Assembly: GCA_965223905.1 (NCBI GenBank)
Contig: CBDCXV010000010.1
Span: 320,001-384,000, forward strand
Source of the DNA: Candidatus Latescibacterota bacterium
GTDB taxonomy: Bacteria > Latescibacterota > UBA2968 > UBA8231
DNA: 64,000 bases
Direction of reading: 5' to 3'
The translations under genes and the position numbers were made by a program. Below the pieces are notes generated by a model. That model made no database searches, was not told the origin of the DNA, and worked only from the letters and a program-made list of their open reading frames with translations. This document shows positions 21,838 through 32,062 of this stretch, piece after piece (within the stretch, counting starts at the first letter, position 1; each line of letters begins with the position of its first letter).

Positions 21838-23039
21838 GGGACCGCCCCGACCGCACCTTGTGACCACAGCTCTCCAAGGCTGAAGTGCTTTCGGAACTGG
21901 TCGATGTCGGCCACGTTCGATGCCCTCCGGAGTTTCGTGAATCCATCCTTTTTGTCACAGAGGATGACCTCCTGAGGTTCCAGGTGATCGAGCAGGGGGG
22001 GGCAGTGAGTGGTTACTATGACCTGACTCCGCTCCGACGCGGACCTCAAGATCTCCACAAGGTATTCCGCCAGGTGAGGATGCACGCCGTTTTCCGGCTC
22101 CTCGATCGTGATGAGGGATGAGTCTTGCACGCTCCTGGTAGTGACGACGAGCAGAGCGAGCAACCGGACGGTACCGTCCGAGACTGAAGCAGGATTGATT
22201 GCTGCCTTGAGCTTGTCCTCTACGATCTGAAAGGCCAGCGTGTCTTCAATCGGCAGCTTTGTTGTCTTTATTTCCCTGAGTCCCGGCACAATCGCCCTCA
22301 ATTCCCGGGATATCGAGGCTCGGTCCTCCTCGCTCATCCTGTGTAGAATCGCTGCGAGCTTCTCTCCTGCTGGACCGAGGGTAGCGTCGGGTTCTTCTCG
22401 ATATGGTTGTCTGGCAACACTTGGAATGAAGTTGTGAAATCTCCAGCCTCTGATCTCCTCCCTGAGGATGGTGGCCGGCAACGAAAAGAACCCGACTCCT
22501 ACGAGGGCGAGTCGAGTTGGTTCCTGCTCGGGGACGGCAAGCGTCCTTTTCGTGCCATACCCCTCCATGACGACAAGCGTCGTGCCACGCCTCTCCAGGC
22601 CCATGGTATTCGTCTCGCCCTGGCGCAGCAATTCCGCCCTAAGGGACTCTGCTTCGATGCTGGGGGTCCCATCGTCACTTCTCAAGTCAAGAACCAGTTG
22701 ATACTCGAAGGATCGGACCACATTCGAGTCTTTCTGCTGGTCTGAATCTCCCGGGAGGGAATGTTCGAACTCTTTCTCGAGTCTCAGCGACAATCGGACG
22801 GGTTTCAGCTCTTGGCGCTGTCGAAGGCGTTTGTTCCTTACTTCGGCATTGCCGCCCATCTCGCTCACGGCATATGACACGTCATGAATTACAGCGTTCT
22901 GCAGAAATCTCAAGGCAGAGAGCAGGTTGGTCTTTCCGGATGCGTTGGCCCCGACGACGAAGTTGAGCGGCCCCAACTCAACCGTTTCTTCTGGCGAGCC
23001 AAAGCTCTTGAAGCCTTCGATTTGAAGTTCAGTGATCAT
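21834..23039 (-). CDS. AAA_21/AbiEii-like ABC-type ATPase
   Basis: IEGFKSF, GANASGKTN, VSDGT, IEEPENGVHP and VTTH motifs. Confidence 0.88.
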   Translation of the reverse strand: MITELQIEGFKSFGSPEETVELGPLNFVVGANASGKTNLLSALRFLQNAVIHDVSYAVSEMGGNAEVRNKRLRQRQELKPVRLSLRLEKEFEHSLPGDSDQQKDSNVVRSFEYQLVLDLRSDDGTPSIEAESLRAELLRQGETNTMGLERRGTTLVVMEGYGTKRTLAVPEQEPTRLALVGVGFFSLPATILREEIRGWRFHNFIPSVARQPYREEPDATLGPAGEKLAAILHRMSEEDRASISRELRAIVPGLREIKTTKLPIEDTLAFQIVEDKLKAAINPASVSDGTVRLLALLVVTTRSVQDSSLITIEEPENGVHPHLAEYLVEILRSASERSQVIVTTHCPPLLDHLEPQEVILCDKKDGFTKLRRASNVADIDQFRKHFSLGELWSQGAVGAVP

Positions 23040-23198
23040 CGTGCTCTTGTCCTTCGGGGGTGCCCGGTCTTCCGGGCTCTCACTGGCAAGCCCGTCTTAT
23101 TTGGAAGGGCCAAGTCGTGTCCGCTGCCGATCATCTCGGTCGCGTTGCCGGGCGCTGGGGGCGACAGCACCAGCGCAGCCTGCCCAGAAACCGGCGAT

Positions 23199-23640
23199 GG
23201 ATCAGGAAAAATAAGGCACCGATATCGGTACTATGCGGTTCGCTGAAAACGTACGCAAGGGTCCAGCAGGGTCCCGATGAATCGCTTGTCGTCGCACAGA
23301 ATCGTTCGGGGATGCTCAGAGCACCGTTGTAAAGGATTTCGGCGCGTTTCAGGGGTCAACCTGGTACTTGAGGGCGCACTCCTCCGTCCGGCTCACGGCG
23401 CACAGCGAATTGCGGAGGAGGTCAGACGGCGAACTCGAATTGCAGCTGAGGCGGGGCACTCGGCGGCCGCTCAACCGGCAGCCCTAACCCCTCCCAGAAA
23501 GCGTCGGATCTCGCCTGGATCGGTCAGGGCGGCGATGATTCTCAAGGGACCTCCCCAAGCGGCGCATGCGCTGACCTGGGCGGCAAACCCTCGGGCAAGC
23601 AGGGCCGCCCACCCCAGCCGATGACCGCAGGAGAGAGCCC
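23199..23640 (-). mobile_element. Diverged ISCR/IS91-like remnant (oriIS-like end + transposase 3' end)
   Basis: GATCAGGAAAAATAAGGCACC resembles GTATAGGTAAAATGAGGCACC. The minus strand encodes SCGHRLGWAALLAR...LRIIAALTDP and FEFAV*. Confidence 0.65.
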
Positions 23641-23957
23641 TCGAAACGCGCTCGGCAGCCGGGGGCTGAGAATTCCAGCTTCGGAGGAATCCCCCGGGAA
23701 AGCACTACTACTTCCTGGAAGTCATGCATCCCGACCCCATCCCTCAATACCCGAACAACGTCACGCACACCATGGGCGCCAAAGGATGTAACACACCCAT
23801 CTTGGTGGAGACATCGGAATGACCGCCGCCGAGGTACCCGCGCCCGAAACTCGGGGAAAAAAGCGATCGCGCGGGTTTTTTCCTCCCATTATTTATTGCG
23901 TCCTGACATTACAACGCGCACCCGCATCCTGGAGCGATTTCGGGTGTTTCCAAGGAG

Positions 23958-24905
23958 CTAATCATCCACCCAGTTCTGATACTCTTCCCATGCGTCTTCA
24001 CGGCTCACGAACGGCTTGAAGACAACACGGGCACTGAAGGTATAGTGAGTCAGCGGTTGGCAGTCCTTGATGAGCATGGCAAAGTCCCACGCTGGATTCG
24101 TCAGTCCCCCGCCTGTCGGCTGAATCGCGAATCGAAGGGATTCCGTGCTCTTGAACATCAGTTCGAGCATCATATTCCGCCAGCATCCGTAAAAGAACGG
24201 ATGGACATATCGGATGGGGCGGATGTTGTGGAACAAGCCGCCGTCCGGATTGGGTTCACCCTGGATCAGGGTATCGGCTTCACTCGCAAAGACACGCGCG
24301 TTCAGTGGTTGTTCCATTAACGATTCAATCCATTGTTCGGGGCTGTTTTCGTCCGGACGGCCGAGGAAGCAGGTGGTCTTGTTTTCGGGGTTGTGGATAT
24401 AACTGGCCCAGAACTGCCCCAGCCAATCCCCCTCGAAAGCGCCGGGATGGGCAACGCATGTGGTTTCCAGGTCGATGAAATGCGGTGGAACCAGGGTAAA
24501 GGTCGTGCTGACCTCAATGCGACGGGGTTCGGGGATAGCGGTCGTCAATTGGACCGAGTTGTCATCAAGCCGGGTGAGTTGGCTTGGCGTTGGCGGAGTT
24601 CCGAGCTTGCCGCCAAGCCAACGGGGAATCATCGACCTGCCGGACCGGTCGTAGATGAACTCGAAATTGAGACTGCTTCCCCAGGATGACCGGAAGATGT
24701 TCTCCTGTGGGCCGCGTCGGCTGTAGAGTTGGCGCACACCGTTGTAACCGTTCGCCCGTTCAAAAGGGAAAGCGATGTTGTCGAAACGACCTTCCCTGTT
24801 CGCTCGAGAGAGTTCATCGACCCGTTTCTGGGGGAAACCTCCTCCGTCGTTGTTGTCTACCACTTCGACGAACAGGTCACCATCCATGAGAAATTGACTT
24901 GCCAT
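23958..24905 (-). CDS. Hypothetical protein (possible beta-sandwich/mutarotase-like fold)
   Basis: 315-aa ORF with protein-like composition (FWASYI, NPAWDF). No function is recognised. Confidence 0.6.
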   Translation of the reverse strand: MASQFLMDGDLFVEVVDNNDGGGFPQKRVDELSRANREGRFDNIAFPFERANGYNGVRQLYSRRGPQENIFRSSWGSSLNFEFIYDRSGRSMIPRWLGGKLGTPPTPSQLTRLDDNSVQLTTAIPEPRRIEVSTTFTLVPPHFIDLETTCVAHPGAFEGDWLGQFWASYIHNPENKTTCFLGRPDENSPEQWIESLMEQPLNARVFASEADTLIQGEPNPDGGLFHNIRPIRYVHPFFYGCWRNMMLELMFKSTESLRFAIQPTGGGLTNPAWDFAMLIKDCQPLTHYTFSARVVFKPFVSREDAWEEYQNWVDD

Positions 24906-25102
24906 AGAAAAAGCCCTTCAACTATCGGTTGAGTTTGGCCTGCCGTGTCGGTGGCAGGTGAGGTTTGTAGTCCAGCGATTGGTTGGGCATATCGGGAGCG
25001 AGAGCTCCCTCCCACAGACAAGAGGCGGAATGCACATAAACGTCGCCGGCAAGGATTCGCTGCTGCGGGAATTAAACTCGAACAAGCGGAAGCGGTAGCA
25101 CA

Positions 25103-26110
25103 ATGCCGAAACACCGAATAGCGATTGTGGGAGCCGGGAACATGGCCCGGGCACGGGGCAGGGCGTTTCTGGATACGGGCGGTGCGGAAATCTGCGGGGT
25201 CGCGGCCCGGCGCGCACAGCGTGCTGAAAGCTGCGCGGCCGAGTTGGGGTGCGACGTTTTCTGCGATGACTTTCGCCGATTGGGGGAGGCCGGGCCGGAC
25301 GCGATCCTGATCGAGGTTCCGCATCGGGTTCAGGACGAGGTCTCCATGTGGGCATTGGATTCCGGTTACGACCTCCTCGTGGGCGGATGTCTGGCTTCGA
25401 GTATGGAAAACGGGCGCCGGATCGTGGAATTGGCGGCCCGGAACAGTCGCATTGTGGAGGCCGGGTTCCAGCGCCGTTACGACCCTGCCTGGGAGGAGAT
25501 TCGGCGCCTGGTGGCGGGCCGACACCTGGGAGAGCCGGTGATGGCCGTGACCATGGCCCTGTGGAACCCGGACCCGGACGGGTGGTACTGTGACCAGGAG
25601 GCGAGCGGGGGGATGCCCCTGACCCACATGAGCTACTGCTATCTCAATGCCGTCCGCTGGATTCTCGGCAGGCCGACCACCGTGTCCGCAATGGCCAATC
25701 GGATGCGAAATACGGCTCCCGGTCACGTAGTGGAAGAGACATGCGGGGCCCTGATCGGATTTGAAAACGGGGCCTTCGCTTCGGCCACCGCCAGTTATAT
25801 CGGGCCGGAGGGCATGCCCGACCCACAGCCGCGATTTGTCTGCGCCGAGGGTGGAATCCTTTCCCATGCCGACCGCCCGCCCGGCAAGAATTCCATTACC
25901 GTTTTCCAGAGGGGCCGTTCCGAGGTGCGCGCTTTTGAGAACTCCCCTTCTCCGCTTGTCCGGCAGGCAACCGCCTTTCTGGATGCCATGGAAAGCCGTC
26001 GCGAAGCCCGCAATCCTCCGGAAGATGCCCTTCTGGATGTCGAAATCGCCGAAGCCGTCTCGGTTTCGGCCAGGGAACACAGGACGGTCTCGTTGGCGGA
26101 AATGGGGTAG
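25103..26110 (+). CDS. Gfo/Idh/MocA family oxidoreductase
   Basis: IAIVGAGNMA, AGFQRRYDP and SGG motifs. Confidence 0.85.
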   Translation: MPKHRIAIVGAGNMARARGRAFLDTGGAEICGVAARRAQRAESCAAELGCDVFCDDFRRLGEAGPDAILIEVPHRVQDEVSMWALDSGYDLLVGGCLASSMENGRRIVELAARNSRIVEAGFQRRYDPAWEEIRRLVAGRHLGEPVMAVTMALWNPDPDGWYCDQEASGGMPLTHMSYCYLNAVRWILGRPTTVSAMANRMRNTAPGHVVEETCGALIGFENGAFASATASYIGPEGMPDPQPRFVCAEGGILSHADRPPGKNSITVFQRGRSEVRAFENSPSPLVRQATAFLDAMESRREARNPPEDALLDVEIAEAVSVSAREHRTVSLAEMG

Positions 26111-26275
26111 GTCCAAAAAGATCCAGCAAAGATTTCCAGGCGATATTTGCACAATGGTCGATGTGAGACAGCGTGGGTAAGAGGTGATATGATGGGGTCT
26201 ATCCGGGTTTTTCAACGCCGAAACGTAAGTACGGAAAGTACCTGAGCCCTTGCTGTCCATCTGAGTACATGACAA

Positions 26276-27658
26276 GGCCATAGGTCGTTCCCTATGCTTG
26301 GTGTATCCCCATCAAGCACTCCCCAAGAAAGGGAAGGGAAGGCGACCTATGACCGCTATGAAGTTCGTCTCCAAGCTGTTCCAATTCAAGGGATTTCGCG
26401 CGGTGGGCGTGTGGTTCGAAGGACACGGGGAAGAAGCGGCCGTCGTGGTCGCGGTGAAGCCCCAAAGGAACGGGTGCCGGTGTCCCGAGTGTGGGCGCCG
26501 CGGCAAGATCGTACAGGTCATGGAGTTCCGCCGCTGGCGCGACGTCCGCGTTTGCGGCCGTACCCTCTGGTTGCACCACGCCCCTCGGGAGATCCGCTGC
26601 CCGACCCACGGCCGTCGCGTCGAGGAGGTGCCCTGGGCGGCGCCCTCGGCCCAGGTCAGCTACCGCTTCGAATACCTGCTGCTGAGGTACTGCCAGTGGA
26701 TGACGCAGGCCGCCGCCGCGCGCCTGCTGGGTCTGGCCCCGTCGACCCTGTCCGACCAGCTGCACCGGCTCATCGAGCGCCGGCGTACGGGGCACCGCAT
26801 CCGCCGGCTGAAGACCCTCGGCATCGACGAGATCTCCTACGCCAAGGGCCATAAATACGCTACCCTGGTCTACGACCTGGAACGCTCCCGTGTCGTCTGG
26901 GTCGGCAAGGGCAAGGCACGGAAGACCATCGACGCGTTTTTCCGGGACCATCTCAGCGCCTTCCAGAAGGACCGCATCCGCTGGGCCTGCTGCGACCTGA
27001 GCGAGACCTTCATCGGCGCCATCCGGCAGCATGGTCCCAACGCCGAGTTGGTCCTGGACCGATTCCACGTCGTCAAGGCCCTCAACGAAGCCGTCGACGA
27101 GGTGCGCAAGGAGCAGTGGCGGCAAGCCTGTGGCGAGGACCGCAAGCTGCTCAAGGGCCTGCGCTGGGTGCTGCTGCATCACTCCGCCCAGCGCTCGCGA
27201 AAGGATCGGCGCACGCTCCAAACCCTGGAGAAGGCCAACCGCCGCATCTACCGCGCCTGGCGCCTGAAGGACGAGTTCGAGCACTTCTGGCGCTACAAGG
27301 CGCGCTGGGCCGCCGAACGCTTCCTCAAGAAGTGGACGACGGCGGCCCTGCGCAGCCGCCTGCAGCCCCTGCGCAAGTTCGTCAACACGGTGCGCAAGCA
27401 GGCGGCCGGCATCACCGCCTTCGTCGACACGCACCTGACCAACGCCGCCGCCGAAGGGCTCAATCGCATTATCCGCATGGTCAAGAATCGAGCCAGTGGA
27501 TTTAAAACTCTGGATGCCTTTGCCGACCTGATTTACCTGTGCGTCGGAGACCTCGATATCCCTGCGCAGATTCCGGCCCGATTCCGTACAGTATGAAACC
27601 CTAAAAATCTCATTGGGGAAACGCTATAAATACCACGTTGAAAAACCCGTATATAGCC
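26276..27658 (+). mobile_element. ISL3-family insertion sequence
   Basis: It contains an ISL3 transposase. The ends GGCCATAG.../...TATATAGCC are imperfect, and no TSD is seen, so the boundaries are approximate. Confidence 0.65.
26349..27596 (+). CDS. ISL3-family transposase
   Basis: CPECG zinc finger, GIDEISYAKGHKY, LDRFHVVK and TNAAAEGLN motifs. Confidence 0.92.
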   Translation: MTAMKFVSKLFQFKGFRAVGVWFEGHGEEAAVVVAVKPQRNGCRCPECGRRGKIVQVMEFRRWRDVRVCGRTLWLHHAPREIRCPTHGRRVEEVPWAAPSAQVSYRFEYLLLRYCQWMTQAAAARLLGLAPSTLSDQLHRLIERRRTGHRIRRLKTLGIDEISYAKGHKYATLVYDLERSRVVWVGKGKARKTIDAFFRDHLSAFQKDRIRWACCDLSETFIGAIRQHGPNAELVLDRFHVVKALNEAVDEVRKEQWRQACGEDRKLLKGLRWVLLHHSAQRSRKDRRTLQTLEKANRRIYRAWRLKDEFEHFWRYKARWAAERFLKKWTTAALRSRLQPLRKFVNTVRKQAAGITAFVDTHLTNAAAEGLNRIIRMVKNRASGFKTLDAFADLIYLCVGDLDIPAQIPARFRTV

Positions 27659-27660
27659 AT

Positions 27661-28370
27661 ATGATGTACGGACAGAACGGGCGAATCGGCTTATTGGTGC
27701 CCTCGGCCAACACAGTCGTCGAACCGGAGTTCTACCGAATGGTTCCGGAGGGTATCGGCGTTTATGCGGCACGGATGCGGAACAGTCGGTCGGATGTAGA
27801 CGACTCCAAAGCGATGCTTCGACATGTGGAGCGTGCTGCGGATGAACTCGGGAGCGCACAGGCAGATGTGATAGCCTTTGCCTGCACGGCGAGCAGTTTT
27901 GTGGCGGCGTTGAAGGCGAAGTCGAGTTGCGGAACCGAATCGAACGGGCAGGAAAAGCAAAAGCGGTGACGACATCGGGTTCCGTTGCACGGGCGCTGCG
28001 GGCGCTCGGTACTCGGCGCGTCGCAGTCGCCACGCCTTACCCGGACGAGCTCAATGTGCTGGAGAGACAATTCCTGGAAGATGAAGGTTTTCAGGTCCTT
28101 ACTGTCGCCGGTATGGGCATTGTGGATGCATTCAGCATCGGGATGGTGACGCCGCAAGAGACGTATGAATTTGCCCGGCGTGTCTGGCAGGTCGATGCCG
28201 ACGGAATGTTCATCAGTTGTACCAACCTGCGCACCATCGATGTGCTAGCCCGACTGGAAGCCGAACTCGGTGTGCCGGTAATCTCCAGCAACCTAGCGAC
28301 GTGCTGGGGCTGTTTGCGAGCCTTGGGACATCGCGATCCCATTGACGGGTACGGGAGGCTATTGACAGAC
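27661..28370 (+). pseudogene. Maleate cis-trans isomerase/Asp-Glu racemase family gene, frameshift at ~27900, abutting a foreign fragment at its 3' end
   Basis: IGLLVPSANTVVEPEF, FACT, VATPY, FISCTNL and PVISSN are found across two frames. Confidence 0.8.
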
Positions 28371-29490
28371 ACCCGCTGCCCGGTCAGGGCGAACACCTCC
28401 ACTCGCGCCGGTCCCGGCCGCAGCAGGAACCAGGAAATCGCGGTTTCGCTGTTGAACGGATTGGGGGCGTTCTGCTGCAGCTGCGGCCCGTCGGGCAGTC
28501 CGATCATCTCCCGGGCCAAGGCCAACAGCTTGCTGCGGGCCGGCTGCCCGAAGTGGTCGGCGAAGAGGAAGAAGTCTCCGAAGTCGACGCTGCCGCTGCC
28601 GTCGAGGTCGAAGCGGGGGTCGCTGCCGCCGAAGGCGTCGGCGAGCAGGAAGAAGTCGGAGAAGCCGATCTCGCCGTCGCCATCGAAGTCGGGGGTGGCC
28701 TTGGCGGTGGCGGTGAAGGTCACGGGGTCGAGGCCGGCCACGGATACCGTGACGGTGTTGGCCCCCGGTTGGCTCCCCAGGGTCAGGGTGCTGGCGGCGC
28801 GGCCGTTGGCATCGGTTGTGGCGGTCGTTGTTGAGAGGCTCCCTCCGCCGCCGGTAACCGCGAAGGTGACGGTGGCCCCGGGAAACGCCGCCGCGTTCTG
28901 ATCCAGGACTGAAACCACGAACGGCTGGGCCAGTGAAGCGCCGGGGGCTCCCTGCTGCCCATCGCCGGAGAGCTTGGTCAGGGATTGGGGGATCGCCTGC
29001 CCAGCAGCGACAAAAGACACCGGGTTCAGCCGGGCGACCCTTGCCGTGACGGTGTTCCTCCCTGGCTGGGATCCCAGGGTCAGGGTGGTGGTAGCGCGGC
29101 CGTTGGCATCGGTGGTAGCGGTGGTTGCCGAAAGGGGGCCCCCACCGGCGGTGACCGCGAAGATGACGGTGGCTCCCGGAAACGGGTCCCCGTTTCTGAT
29201 CGAGCACCGAAACCACGAAGGGCTCGGTCAAGGCGGCTCCGGCGGGACGTTGCTGTTTATCGCCGGAAAGCTTTGTCAGGGTCCCGGGGTGTGGCAGAAC
29301 GAGCTGCACATCCCACAGCAGTATCGTGCCGTCGCCCGACCCGAAAGCGAGTGTCGTACCATCCGGGGAAAAGGATACCGAACTGACCGAATGGATATGC
29401 CCGAAGGTGGCGATAGTATTGCGTGTCGCCAGGTCCCATAGCAGGACCGATCCATCCTGTGATCCGGAAGCGAGTGTAGTTCCGTCAGGA
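28368..29490 (-). pseudogene. Internal fragment of a WD40 + bacterial Ig-like (Big) + EF-hand/dockerin-like + FlgD-Ig surface protein
   Basis: PDGTTLASGSQDGSVLLWD and FSPDGTTLAFGSGDGTILLWD, two LTKLSGD.QQ Ig repeats, DFDGDGEIGFSDF and QNAPNPFN. Both ends are truncated and there is a frameshift at ~29190. Confidence 0.8.
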
Positions 29491-29792
29491 GGGCCTGCGG
29501 CGGCTCAAGCATCCCGAGGAGCTGCACCCGGCGTACGACCGCATCTTCCGCGACAGCCGCGTTCTCGACGCTGCAGTACGGCGCCGCCGATGCCCGGCCC
29601 ATCAAGAACCCGCCGGAGGACATGGCCGCGTTCGACGCCTGCATCATCAGGGGGAAGCCGGTCGCCGCGCCGCGGCACACCGACGTTCCCACGGTGCCGG
29701 AGCCGGAAGTCATCCGCCCGGGGCGCAGCGGCTCCATCTACGAGAGCCAGACCCTTTTGAACCGCCCGATGGTGGTCGCCGGGGACCGCTGA
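29491..29792 (+). pseudogene. PhyH-family dioxygenase fragment with internal deletion
   Basis: LRRLKHPEELHPAY...VLD is joined directly to C-terminal LQYGAADA...GSIYESQ. Confidence 0.5.
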
Positions 29793-29890
29793 CAGCGGGG
29801 GATCCAGGAACCAGAGCCTGCGCGCAGTTCCGAGTGGATTCCGCCGCCTCCGCAAAAAACAACAACGAAAAGGAGAAGAAAAAACACTCA

Positions 29891-30818
29891 CACTACTGTC
29901 CGGTTGAGCGCTTTGAAGAATCGTGTAAGTAATGCATCTACAATGAGTTGTGCGAATAAATGACCGTTGTCGATTTGAAATCGATCGTAGATTTGGGCCA
30001 TTCAGCGCTGCATTTAGCGAGGGAGGGAATGGCCGATGCCTACGGGACGAATGGTATTCTCACAGCTCATGGATTTCCTGCCCAGGCACGAGTTCAACAG
30101 ATGCGTACGTCGGTACCATGGCAATTACAGGACACGGCACTTCAAGTGTCGCGATCAGTTTCTGTGCATGGCCTTTGCGCAGCTCACCGGTCGGGGAAGC
30201 CTACGGGACATCGAGACCTGCTTGCGGGCGATGCAGCCCAAGCTGTATCCTGCCGGCCTTCGATACCCGGTTTCCAGGAGCACCCTGGCCGATGCCAACG
30301 AGAACCGGGACTGGCGCATCTACGCCGACTTCGCTCAGGTGCTCATTGGCCACGCCCGCAAGCTATACAGTCAAGACGACTTCGGAGTACAACTCGAAGA
30401 GACCGCGTATGTCTTCGATTCCAGCACCATCGATCGGTGTCTTTCGCTGTTTCCGTGGGCCCGATTCCGTCAGCGCAAAGCCGCCATCAAGCTTCACACG
30501 TTGATGGATCTACGCGGCAATATCCCCTGTTTTATTCGCATTACAGAGGGGAAGACGCACGATGTCGGCCTGCTCGACGAATTGATTCTGGAACCGGGCG
30601 CCTTCTACATCATGGACCGCGGGTACATCGAGTTCGCGCGGCTGTATACCTTCACGCAGCAGGCCGCGTTCTTTGTCATCCGCGCCAAACGCAATCTGGA
30701 TTATACTCGGCGTATGTCGCGCCCGGTCGACAAATGCTTACGAGAATCAACTCCCAATACCAATCAGAGCATCTTTGTAACCAGTTGACTTTATTCGACT
30801 TATAACCGGACAGTAGTG
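29891..30818 (+). mobile_element. IS4-family (DUF4372-type) element with internal deletion
   Basis: Perfect 15-bp IRs CACTACTGTCCGGTT / AACCGGACAGTAGTG and a 9-bp TSD AAACACTCA (29882-29890, 30819-30827). Confidence 0.92.
30036..30805 (+). pseudogene. IS4-family transposase, third catalytic region deleted
   Basis: DUF4372 N-terminus, DSSTI and MDRGY are present. The sequence breaks at ~30735 and resumes out of frame in the typical C-terminus QLTLFDL*. Confidence 0.85.
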
Positions 30819-30865
30819 AAACACTCAATCAAATCGTTGAACACCCCCGGGTGCACCCGGGGGTG

Positions 30866-30895
30866 TTGACAGGCGCCTCCCAAGGACGCTATTCT
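30866..30895 (+). promoter_or_regulatory. Sigma70-type promoter overlapped by a perfect 28-bp palindrome (30840-30867)
   Basis: TTGACA-N18-TATTCT, with the palindrome AACACCCCCGGGTG|CACCCGGGGGTGTT. Confidence 0.55.
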
Positions 30896-31270
30896 GTTAC
30901 TCAAAGTGACTCGGAGGGCAACAAGGGCGTTGGAGGTTAAGCTCGCAGTCCAGGCATAAACGCCGACGACCGCTACGTGACTTTCCAATCGACTATGAAC
31001 AATCTGGTGCTGGGGGGCACCAACCCGACTGGTATCTTCGTACATGCTCGGGAGACTGGCGAGACGGCTCGTGTAGTGGCCTGAGATGGCACTCAGGGAG
31101 TGTCATTAGCACCTAACCATCAGGAAGGAGGGGGTCTAAAGGTGAGTTGTAATGTTTACGGAAACGCGGTGTGAGCAGTTTAGTACATCGTTCAGGGTAT
31201 CAAATACGGACGGGCATGGATCGCGTGGTGTAAACCCTTAAACTCTAATTTAAGTTGGAGGAATGGCATC

Positions 31271-32062
31271 ATGAAAATATTGAAAGCACTTGTACTAGCT
31301 CTGATGGCACTTCTTATACTTACACGATCGGAAGGCTTTGCCAGCGCAGAGTGGGTTGAAGTTGACGCATCTGGCAACATACCGGAGGGAAGTATAGTGG
31401 CAGGGTGTAATGATGGATCGAGCAGGGACAGGTGCACGACCCCTCTGTACGTATGTCGTGGTATGATTGAGGACGCATTATTCACAGGAAAAACAGGGCA
31501 AGGATGGGGATTCTGTAATGTAGAATGGGGCGGCCAGGAGCACCAAGTCACTCCACAATACGTTTTGCAAGGCAGGGTGAATGGTTATGCGCAGGCAGAA
31601 GCAGGCGGGACTATCACTGCAGGCAAGCAAGGTTTGTTCACTCAGGAACAACTGGATGCGGCCGTCGCTGCGGGCAAGCAAGGTTTGTTCACTCAGGAAC
31701 AACTGGATGCCGCCGTCGCTGCGGGCAAGCAAGCTTTGGGTACTCAGGAACAACTGGATGCGGCCATCGCTGCGGGCAAGCAAGGTTTGGGTACTCATGC
31801 ACTACTTCACAAGACGCGTGCAGAGCGTCCTCCGGGGCAATTTTGTAGTATAAATTGCCGCGAAGCCGGTAGATTACAGTGCCCCCAACACCATCTATCT
31901 GACATCTGTCACGGGGTTTCGGCTATTATTATGTATTCTCTTCAGCACTCTGAGAACGCAGAGGATATTGTGCAGGCCTGGAGCTTAAAGGAGCCCTCCA
32001 TGCGCCGTAGATTGGAATCGACCTGTAAAGATGCAGGTGTGCCGTTACCGGAGATCCGCTGA
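31271..32062 (+). CDS. Secreted DM9/DUF3421-like protein with 17-aa tandem repeats
   Basis: Signal peptide, W...IPEGSIVAG...PLYVCR...GK...C...GGQEH pattern, and lower GC than the flanks. Confidence 0.6.
   Translation: MKILKALVLALMALLILTRSEGFASAEWVEVDASGNIPEGSIVAGCNDGSSRDRCTTPLYVCRGMIEDALFTGKTGQGWGFCNVEWGGQEHQVTPQYVLQGRVNGYAQAEAGGTITAGKQGLFTQEQLDAAVAAGKQGLFTQEQLDAAVAAGKQALGTQEQLDAAIAAGKQGLGTHALLHKTRAERPPGQFCSINCREAGRLQCPQHHLSDICHGVSAIIMYSLQHSENAEDIVQAWSLKEPSMRRRLESTCKDAGVPLPEIR
31619..31797 (+). repeat. Coding tandem repeat, 51-bp unit x3.5 (AGKQGLFTQEQLDAAVA)
   Basis: Units start at 31619, 31670, 31721 and 31772. Confidence 0.92.

Noticed and set aside
26268-27666. Target-site duplication for the ISL3 element
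   Set aside because: The flanks (CATGACAA vs ATATGATG) do not match, so no TSD is claimed.
31619-31797. 51-bp repeats as a mini-CRISPR
   Set aside because: They are contiguous in-frame coding repeats without unique spacers.
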